DNA from: a virus
Taxonomy: Duplodnaviria; Caudoviricetes
Reading direction: 5' to 3' (one strand)
Virus record (IMG/VR): IMGVR_UViG_3300047561_000302
Location: 1-63,122 of that record
DNA length: 63,122 bases
Shown: positions 55,511 to 63,122 of the stretch, piece by piece
Layout of the letters: each line of letters starts with the position of its first letter
How positions within the stretch are numbered: the first letter of the stretch is position 1
Made by a program: the position numbers and the translations under genes
The notes under the pieces: model-generated
What the model was told of the DNA's origin: nothing
The model's database searches: none
What the model saw: only the letters and a program-made list of their open reading frames with translations

Positions 55511-58500
55511 ACAGCCCAGCTTTCTTGCGAATTTCAATTACATTTTTAAGTATGTCATTTTTGGTTCGCTGCAAATCAGTCATTCTTTCACGTTTAGCGT
55601 CAGGTGACATTTCAGAAGATGGCAAATCAGATATTCTTCTAATCTCTGCATTAACTTTTTTCAATGGTGATTCAACGCCAGACGTATATCCATGAGCAAT
55701 AATTAAACCTTTATTTTCATTGAAATACTTCTTGGCTTCATCAGAACGTTGATTTTGGTTTAAGTTTTGGAATGTAGCGTATTTTTCATTTGCTCTATCT
55801 AACAAGTCGTAATACAAGTCTTCTCTGCCACGAGGAACTTCTCTAGCAATAAAAGCACCATACAACGGGTTCTTACGGTCTTCTGGCGTAACACGGTCAC
55901 CAGAGAATATATTAGAACCCCACATGACTGTAGCGCCTACAGTGCCAGTTAAACTACGAATTAAATGATCCGCCTCAATTGGATTAAGAGCTTTTTTATC
56001 GGTAAATGGAATAGGTGTCATGGCACTAATCATCTTACCAAGTTCAGAAGTTTCTGCCGTATATTGACGGAAATCCTCAAGTTTCTCTAAAGACCTAGGT
56101 GTAATGCTTCCACCAGTTAAGAAGTTATGATTAAACATAATCTCAACACCAGGCTTAATGGCTGTTGGGATTGGGTTTGGTCCTAATAACGCATCCATAG
56201 CACCTTCTTTTGCAGCTTTATAAAACCTAGTTCTATCTATTGAATATTTGGTTCCCTTGTTAATAATTTCATTTACTTGTAATTCTGGAAGACCTTTAAA
56301 GAAATACGCAGCAGAAGTATTCATTGGAACAAGCAAGCTCTTGCCAAAAACAGACTTAGGAATAAAGTAATTACGCATCTTTGTACTGTCATCAAGCTGT
56401 TGGTATTCATCATCATCGCCAACCGCAAGGGTATAAAGAATTGAAGTTGATGCCAACATAGACATTGCCCAAACCATCATTCCAAAAGCTCTAGCCCTAC
56501 TTTGACCTTTTAGTCCTCCTCCAGACAATGCCTGAGCAAGCACGTTAATTTGTTGGGCGTAAGCGTTCATAAAAGATACGTTACGGCTAAAGAACTGGGC
56601 TTGCTTTGAACTTCCACGTTTTAAAAAGTCAATTACATTATTGGCTTGCAATAATGCTTGCATTGGATCTTTAGTCTCTTTTAAAACACGTTTGTAAGTT
56701 GCCCTACGTTGAGAATAATCTGATGCATCACCAAAAAAATCTAATTTTTTAATTAAAGAATTAAAATTAGAATGATTCATAATTCCAATTTCTAGTTTCA
56801 ATTCTTTTTCTGGGCTTCTAGCATAAGATTGATACCCGCCTACACCAAAATCTTTCATCATATTAACAATTGGGTCATTTGGGCGCAAAGACTGGATAAA
56901 GCCATTAAATGTTTCAGCCCAAACCATTGCTGGGTTTTTAAGACCAGAAACTAATGCAGCTGTTTTAGAATCCATCCACATTTGGCGAACTTGAAATATT
57001 GGATTAATAGTTACAGATCTACGCAATCCATTGGCAATAAAAGCCATAGCATCATGCACAGGAATATCAATGCTTTCAAGACCTAGAACTGATTCTGCAA
57101 TTAATGGATCTTGAAACTCTACAATTACCCTACGACCATTCATTACAATATTTATTCGCACTGAACCGTCATTCATTACTCCTTCTTTAGGGAAGACCTT
57201 AATGCGGTTGCGCTGGTTGCGGGTTGCATATTCTTGGGCTACACGGTTGGCAGCATAATTTCTTGAAGCATTTTTAGACATTGTTATTACGTTTTCGCAC
57301 ATATTGTGCAAAATATTGTCTACTTGGCGAGTTGCTTTTCCTAATGGAAATGCTCTTGGCTGGGCTACATTAGTAAGGCCACGAACATTTTTCTTTACTG
57401 GTTGTGTATGCAAGTCTTCCATGTCATCCATAATGCGTTGCCAAGGCACATAGTCTTTAATTCCTTTTAATTGTTTATGACGAGCTTTACTAATTAATCC
57501 AGAGAACAACTGCATATCAAGCTGATTACGGTTAACATTAGTCCAGTTTTCCATAATAGTTTTAAGCTCTGGATGAACTTTATCTAGTTGAGAAAAATCT
57601 TCAATAGCCTCATCAGATTGCGTAATTTTGCCAAATGCTTTCTCAATGTCTTTAAGTTGTTTGGCTGCAATTTCTACGTTTTCGCCAGAATCTATGGAAT
57701 CTTGATAAGTTTGTTGACGGGCCAAGTATTCATTGATAATTGACTTAGAGCGTTTTGCCTCTAAATATTCATTAGTAATATCAGCTGCTTTTTGAGCTGG
57801 ATTAGGTTTTCCTTCTTTTTTTAATCGTTTTATAAGCGCTGATTCAGCTTGGAATACATTAGTCATTGAGAACTTAGACTTTTGTGCTCTAAATGATTGA
57901 AACACTGGATCAAAAACAAATGCGCCCTGTTGCAAAACTCGTGCTCCAACGTGGCCACCTCTAAGCGCATAGGTTACTGCAATAGATGCTATTGCTCGAT
58001 TGTTTCCGTCACGCAGCTGTCCTTCATAGCGATCAATATCTGCACTTTCTAAGCCTTTTCCAAACCACACATACTTATTAAGAACATAAGTAAGGCCACG
58101 ATCAACTTGGCCAACAGCCTTTGGAACAGTCAATAAACCATCTTTAAGGCTCATATTGCGAATCTTATTTACATCAACAATGCCCATTACTTTATCTAAT
58201 AAGCCTTGATCCATCTCTACAGGGGTATGATTGCGTTTATGTTTAATTAATAATTCATTAATATCAGATTCGTCTTTGGGGGCAATAGATTTCTTCGGAG
58301 CTGTTGCATTAATGTAGTCATTCAACGTCTCTTTGGAAATCTTAGGTTTGTTAATTACGTCATTAAACAGGCGATGAATGTCATTTTTGTTATCCATGCC
58401 AATAACGTTTTTAAGCGCCTCAAACAGCCCTTTAACAAAGTTTTGGAACCGCTTCCATGCACCGCCAAGGAAAGCCTTCATCATTGGCTCTGCGTTAATA

Positions 58501-61500
58501 GCCCAGAACTCTGATGGGGAAATCAGCTGGTAGTACTTCTCATACTGGCCTTCAGGAATGGCACGAACCGCATCTTCAAAACGGCTTTCAGACGGTATTG
58601 CCAAGAACGCACGAACAGCTTTAAAGAATTGATTACCTTCATCTGTCTTCTCAGCTGCCTCTTGAGCATCTAACTTCTTGCGCCAGTCTCCCACAAGCTT
58701 CTCTTTGGCTTCTTTAGACATCGCCATCTCTAGGGCGTGGGTTAACTCATGACGCAGGGTAGCTGGGTTAGTTACCCCTTTAGTGCCAGAATACAAGGCA
58801 ACAATGTTATCTATCATTTCGCCAGCAGTTTCAAAATTAGAGTTTGGATTCAAGGACTCTGGGCGAATCTGAAGCTTTAAACCATTTAGTACATTAGGAC
58901 TCTTCTTAGCCAAGTAATCAATTACATTGAACACTTCATCATTAATAGAGCCAAGATTACGAGCATTATTAGCCCAGCTAACTAACTCATCTGCCTTTAA
59001 TCCTGTTGGAGAGTACTTAGCCTTCTCCTTCATGGAGTTAACCTTCTCAATCACAATCTCACGGTTCTCATTTTGATTTGAGATTGGAGACATACTCTTG
59101 ATTGGAGGCGTAGGCGCAAACATCTCACGAGCCTTATCGGTTCTAGTGAGCGCTACTAAACCCAGCTCTCTTTCGTTAATTACATAATCAATGGCTGCCT
59201 TAGCTTTTTCTTCATCATAGACATACACAGTCATGTCTGAACCACGTTTATAAAAATCTTGGCCTAGAGCATTGGTTAATTGTGGGTCTAAAAAGAATGT
59301 ACCACCTACTTTTTTAGATGCTGGAACAGTAAATATTGTTTGGTTTCCACGTTTATGGATTCGCAGAACACCATCTTTAGTTCCCATTTCCCCGCCAATT
59401 TCATTGAGGAACTTCATAGCATCATCGGCAGTTTTTAGTTTTACTGGGGCTTCTTTTTCGGCTTTGGCAAAGTCAAATGTACGAGGCTGTAACACGCCCT
59501 GACTGTCTGAACCATCTTTTTTGGTGTAAGTAATAATTTGACCTGGGTATTGAGCATAGCCAGCCAAGATATTTCCTGTTACCATCCAGCGTTTTTCAGT
59601 ACGCTCATTTGCGCCACGGTCAAACATATCAACAATTTTGGTTTCTTCAAATTGTTGATTTTCATAATTGAAAATTGTTCCGTAACCTGTTTTTTCTATT
59701 GAATAACGTTTTCCTATTTGAGAAAAATTAAAAGTTAAACTCTTAGAATCACCATTGGCAATACCAAATTGCATTTTCCAATCAGAGCCAGCCGCAGGGT
59801 TTGCAGTACGTTTGTTATTAGCAATATCAAGAATTACACCATAAAACGGTACGCCATTTTCATCTTTGATGGTAACCGATAGACCTACTCTGTAATTATT
59901 AAGAATAGTTTTTACATGGTTGTAACCGATGTTAAGTTGACCACGCATAGTTTCAACTTTAACTGGGTCTAGATTATCTTCGGATATTTTGGCAATTCTT
60001 TCATCAAAATACACTTTGTATCTTTCAGACAAATCACGAACCATATCTTCAGCCAATTGAGATGATTGTTTATCTCCAAGGTTTTTCTTGGCAATTTCTG
60101 TTAATTCATCTTTGGTGTATGGTTTGACAGTACGTTTAACCTCTACTTGTTCCATATAGGCGGGAGAAGAAAATATAGAATCTACGCCTTTATCTTCAGT
60201 AATTGGTTTTGAAGATAATGTTTGAGCTTGAAGGTCAACAGCTTTGGCTTCCAACTTATTGGTTCCCATGCTGTCTTCACGCTCAATCAATTCATTGTAT
60301 CTTTCAATAATGTCCGCATATACCTCTTCTTGTTTTTTCAGTGGAAGAATTGGTATGTATCCAGTTAGCTTGCGAATATCTTCTTCATTAGCCTCTTCTG
60401 AATTTTCTTTTATTTTTAATACATCAGATCCACCAAGATCACTTAATATTTCTGGGTTATCACTTAAAAATTCTTGGGCTACCTGACCACCGTAGTCATT
60501 CATAAAGTCCACTACGCCTTCAGCAGTTACTGAAGACTTGCGGGAAGCAGTAGTATTGGCGCTAAGAGATGCCATCTTTTTAAGCAATACAGCAGCTGGG
60601 CGCATCTCAGCAGGAATATCAGCCATTAACTGCGTGTATTCTGGTAATACAACCTGACCAGTCCTATTAATTCGGCCTAACATTTGGCTGTGAATATCAA
60701 TGTTTTTCTCAGCCTGAACAATAATCATATGACGCTTGTTCTTTTTCTTAAACTTTTCTGATGCGTGTAAAGAGATACCAGTAGAGCCAGCTTGGTTAAG
60801 AATGATTACGTCAGTATCGCTATTGTTAAAGCCCTTAATGGCTGAAAATTTTTGTTTTGGAGTAGATATTCTTGATGCCAGCAATGGAACACCAGAAGAA
60901 GAATCAATAACAAGAGTTCTTCCTGTAATTTCAGCAGTTTTGTAACCAGCTTTATTTAGCTCATTGTGCATATAGTCAATGGGTGATATTGGCGCTGAAC
61001 CAAAATTTGAATTAAGAATTTTTTGTTTAATTGCATTAAACATCGACAGTATTTCTGGTCCAAGCTCTTCGTCTGTCAATCTACGTTTTTTTCCAATCTT
61101 TTCCCCAGGAGCTTTTACAGAAATCTCACGTTGTTTTTCAAGAAAACGAACGTATAAATCAGAAAACGAAATATTAATTTCATCTCCAGTTTTAATATTA
61201 TTGTCCGCTGCAAAATCTTTTAAGAATGAACCCATTGTATTGGACACTGTTAAAACAACTTTTTCACCATTTTTAATGTTTTCAATTGCCATATTTACGG
61301 CATCTTTAACTTTTAGTGACAATAACATTTGGTCAATCAAATTGTGCATGATTGATCCAAAATTTGAAGAGGTAACTTGCGCTTTTTCTCCGCCAACTTC
61401 TCTAGCTACTGCTCCAGATCTATCTAATTCATCTTTGAGGTTTTTAATTGCCTTGCGTTTTGCTCTAGAAAAAGAAAGTATGTTACTCATAGCAGTAGCC

Positions 61501-63122
61501 ATATTTTCTGCTACTTCTTTGTTTACTACGGCATCAGCTGTGCTGTAATTGATTCCAGCAAATGATCTTTCTCTTCGAATCATTTGACCGTCTTGAACAA
61601 GCATATTTGCAACAATCTGTTGCATTGGTATGCCACCGTGCTTAATGGCAGAAGATAAATCTTTTATGTCATCAACTGCCAACTTCATGTTTGTACTAGA
61701 GTACAAACTCATTATCTCTGGTCGTGTTGCATAGGTAGCTGATGAAAAAAACGATCCAAAAGAATTATTAACTAAATTTCTAAAGAAAGTTGCTCTTCCT
61801 GCAACAGTTTCCTCTCCTTCGGGAGCTGTAGTTTTTTTAGATTTTTCTTCTGTTTCGCCACCAGCTGTATGGCTTTCATCTAAAATAATGTAATTGTCAG
61901 CACCAAAAGTACGCAAGAATTTTTGACGTTCTGTAGGCTTTTTATCTACGTTTTGCGCTTGGCTATAAAGACTAAAAATAACTTTATATCTGCCAATATT
62001 TTCATCCTTAATCATTTGATTAAGCATTTTGTCAAAAGCTGCTTTATCGGAATAAGGAGCTTTTAATGTGTATTCAGTTTCTTCTGGCTCACCATTTACC
62101 ATGCGAGTCAAAACATATGGAACCTTTTTGTCGTGGTTTGTAATTAAGATTTTTGGATTGTTGGTATTTAATCCAAGTTCTTCAGTCATACCAATATCAT
62201 CCAAATCACGGATCATATCTGCATATAAGCTAATATTTTGTGTAACAAATATTGGAATCTTTCCGTTTTCAATTGCATACTTAATCATGGATGCAACAGC
62301 ACGGCCCTTACCAATACCTGTTTGGTCAGCAATAATAAATCCACTACCTTTTTCAGCGTTCATTATTGATAAACCAAGAGAATCAATCTGTTCTGCTGAA
62401 AGTTGATCCATTGCTTCTTGAAGGCTTAACCCTAGATTTTTAGAAACATACTCATCAATGTTTCCTTTTTTCTCTTGTAAGTCTTTTAAAGCTTTATCAA
62501 TATATGGGCGCATTGCAATTGGAACTAAAGTTCCAACTGAAGTTGCCTTAGATGCAGGATTGTAAGTAACCTGTAATGCGGTTTCTTTTTCAAGGCCCCT
62601 GCGTTCTGTTATTGTAGACTTGACACGCTCACTTGGTCGTTCGCTAGGCTCACCCACTCTTTCAGATTTACGCTCTTCAGCGCTTGTTCTGCCACTGGGT
62701 TCGACTCTTTCGCCTCCCCTTGATACGGGTCCTTCTCCAACTGGTTTGACAACGTTAGGAAGGTTATCAGATTCAGGTTGTTTTTTACTAGGTTCTCCCC
62801 TATCTGAAATGGGTCGCTCTCTGGTGGAAGCTCCAGAAACTCGCTCGCTGACAGGCTCGCCTGTTCTGGGTTGCTTTCCTTCTGCGCTAACTCGCTCACC
62901 CTCTCCGACAGCGCCTCTACCCACATTTTGTAGTCCACCTTCCCCTGGGGCACTAACACCGATGTCAGTTCTGCTGGGGCTAGTAGCCCCTCTGGATACC
63001 ATGCGACTAGCTTCATTTAGTTTTCCTTTCAATTGCTCATAAGAGCTAATGACTTCTGGCAGATCTGCAGCTGGCAGTTTTCTGCTTGATTCCCCTTTGC
63101 CATTAATAACAATGACATCCAC
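55509..63122 (-). CDS. C-terminal part of giant polyvalent protein: Strawberry-notch-like SF2 helicase, HExxH zincin-like domain, LPD38-like tail
   Basis: IADQTGIGKGR, ILDESH, SSATY, GSTGISLHA, QMLGRINRTGQ; TLRHELTHALE...SEFWA; continuous with 1..3666. Confidence 0.85.
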   Translation of the reverse strand: MDVIVINGKGESSRKLPAADLPEVISSYEQLKGKLNEASRMVSRGATSPSRTDIGVSAPGEGGLQNVGRGAVGEGERVSAEGKQPRTGEPVSERVSGASTRERPISDRGEPSKKQPESDNLPNVVKPVGEGPVSRGGERVEPSGRTSAEERKSERVGEPSERPSERVKSTITERRGLEKETALQVTYNPASKATSVGTLVPIAMRPYIDKALKDLQEKKGNIDEYVSKNLGLSLQEAMDQLSAEQIDSLGLSIMNAEKGSGFIIADQTGIGKGRAVASMIKYAIENGKIPIFVTQNISLYADMIRDLDDIGMTEELGLNTNNPKILITNHDKKVPYVLTRMVNGEPEETEYTLKAPYSDKAAFDKMLNQMIKDENIGRYKVIFSLYSQAQNVDKKPTERQKFLRTFGADNYIILDESHTAGGETEEKSKKTTAPEGEETVAGRATFFRNLVNNSFGSFFSSATYATRPEIMSLYSSTNMKLAVDDIKDLSSAIKHGGIPMQQIVANMLVQDGQMIRRERSFAGINYSTADAVVNKEVAENMATAMSNILSFSRAKRKAIKNLKDELDRSGAVAREVGGEKAQVTSSNFGSIMHNLIDQMLLSLKVKDAVNMAIENIKNGEKVVLTVSNTMGSFLKDFAADNNIKTGDEINISFSDLYVRFLEKQREISVKAPGEKIGKKRRLTDEELGPEILSMFNAIKQKILNSNFGSAPISPIDYMHNELNKAGYKTAEITGRTLVIDSSSGVPLLASRISTPKQKFSAIKGFNNSDTDVIILNQAGSTGISLHASEKFKKKNKRHMIIVQAEKNIDIHSQMLGRINRTGQVVLPEYTQLMADIPAEMRPAAVLLKKMASLSANTTASRKSSVTAEGVVDFMNDYGGQVAQEFLSDNPEILSDLGGSDVLKIKENSEEANEEDIRKLTGYIPILPLKKQEEVYADIIERYNELIEREDSMGTNKLEAKAVDLQAQTLSSKPITEDKGVDSIFSSPAYMEQVEVKRTVKPYTKDELTEIAKKNLGDKQSSQLAEDMVRDLSERYKVYFDERIAKISEDNLDPVKVETMRGQLNIGYNHVKTILNNYRVGLSVTIKDENGVPFYGVILDIANNKRTANPAAGSDWKMQFGIANGDSKSLTFNFSQIGKRYSIEKTGYGTIFNYENQQFEETKIVDMFDRGANERTEKRWMVTGNILAGYAQYPGQIITYTKKDGSDSQGVLQPRTFDFAKAEKEAPVKLKTADDAMKFLNEIGGEMGTKDGVLRIHKRGNQTIFTVPASKKVGGTFFLDPQLTNALGQDFYKRGSDMTVYVYDEEKAKAAIDYVINERELGLVALTRTDKAREMFAPTPPIKSMSPISNQNENREIVIEKVNSMKEKAKYSPTGLKADELVSWANNARNLGSINDEVFNVIDYLAKKSPNVLNGLKLQIRPESLNPNSNFETAGEMIDNIVALYSGTKGVTNPATLRHELTHALEMAMSKEAKEKLVGDWRKKLDAQEAAEKTDEGNQFFKAVRAFLAIPSESRFEDAVRAIPEGQYEKYYQLISPSEFWAINAEPMMKAFLGGAWKRFQNFVKGLFEALKNVIGMDNKNDIHRLFNDVINKPKISKETLNDYINATAPKKSIAPKDESDINELLIKHKRNHTPVEMDQGLLDKVMGIVDVNKIRNMSLKDGLLTVPKAVGQVDRGLTYVLNKYVWFGKGLESADIDRYEGQLRDGNNRAIASIAVTYALRGGHVGARVLQQGAFVFDPVFQSFRAQKSKFSMTNVFQAESALIKRLKKEGKPNPAQKAADITNEYLEAKRSKSIINEYLARQQTYQDSIDSGENVEIAAKQLKDIEKAFGKITQSDEAIEDFSQLDKVHPELKTIMENWTNVNRNQLDMQLFSGLISKARHKQLKGIKDYVPWQRIMDDMEDLHTQPVKKNVRGLTNVAQPRAFPLGKATRQVDNILHNMCENVITMSKNASRNYAANRVAQEYATRNQRNRIKVFPKEGVMNDGSVRINIVMNGRRVIVEFQDPLIAESVLGLESIDIPVHDAMAFIANGLRRSVTINPIFQVRQMWMDSKTAALVSGLKNPAMVWAETFNGFIQSLRPNDPIVNMMKDFGVGGYQSYARSPEKELKLEIGIMNHSNFNSLIKKLDFFGDASDYSQRRATYKRVLKETKDPMQALLQANNVIDFLKRGSSKQAQFFSRNVSFMNAYAQQINVLAQALSGGGLKGQSRARAFGMMVWAMSMLASTSILYTLAVGDDDEYQQLDDSTKMRNYFIPKSVFGKSLLVPMNTSAAYFFKGLPELQVNEIINKGTKYSIDRTRFYKAAKEGAMDALLGPNPIPTAIKPGVEIMFNHNFLTGGSITPRSLEKLEDFRQYTAETSELGKMISAMTPIPFTDKKALNPIEADHLIRSLTGTVGATVMWGSNIFSGDRVTPEDRKNPLYGAFIAREVPRGREDLYYDLLDRANEKYATFQNLNQNQRSDEAKKYFNENKGLIIAHGYTSGVESPLKKVNAEIRRISDLPSSEMSPDAKRERMTDLQRTKNDILKNVIEIRKKAGL
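63093..63122. repeat. Terminal overlap, copy 2
   Basis: 29/30 identical to 1-30 (T at 63104 versus A at 12). Confidence 0.95.

Noticed and set aside
1-63122. Integrase, DNA polymerase, tRNA genes, stop-codon reassignment
   Set aside because: No recognisable motifs or cloverleafs by eye; genes tile densely under the standard code with all three stops in use.

Overview
This looks like a complete, circularly permuted dsDNA tailed-phage genome of about 63.09 kb. The first and last 30 nt overlap with one mismatch. The architecture is podovirus-like, and the gene families resemble those of uncultured freshwater betaproteobacterial phages (host is inference only). The minus strand carries a late operon: small terminase-like gene, LexA-like DNA-binding protein, TerL, portal, GroES-like co-chaperonin, scaffold, major capsid protein, small basic proteins, adaptors, tail fibres, holin/spanin/GH19 endolysin, tail tube/stabilisation protein and ejection proteins. 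It ends in a ~3749-aa polyvalent protein (N6-methyltransferase, Strawberry-notch-like SF2 helicase, HExxH domain) split across the window ends. A plus-strand cluster of small early genes spans 36.98-41.5 kb. A minus-strand replication/recombination/accessory arm (41.4-55 kb) encodes primase, helicase, ParB-like, ERF, PD-(D/E)XK nuclease, three glycosyltransferase-like proteins, a methyltransferase and a radical SAM enzyme. I recognise no integrase, DNA polymerase, CI-type repressor, tRNA or CRISPR array. The strongest unexplained signal is a ~115-nt candidate small RNA (45905-46020, minus strand) with its own promoter and terminator. Its central seed is complementary to an extended Shine-Dalgarno motif (CTGCTAGGAG) in front of five early genes and to the 5' arm of a long structured leader upstream of the replication genes. 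Other notable items are a 23-bp palindrome present four times, an xxGG motif shared by internal virion proteins, and a stand-alone mimic of the scaffold C-terminus. All family assignments come from motif recognition by eye, not database searches.
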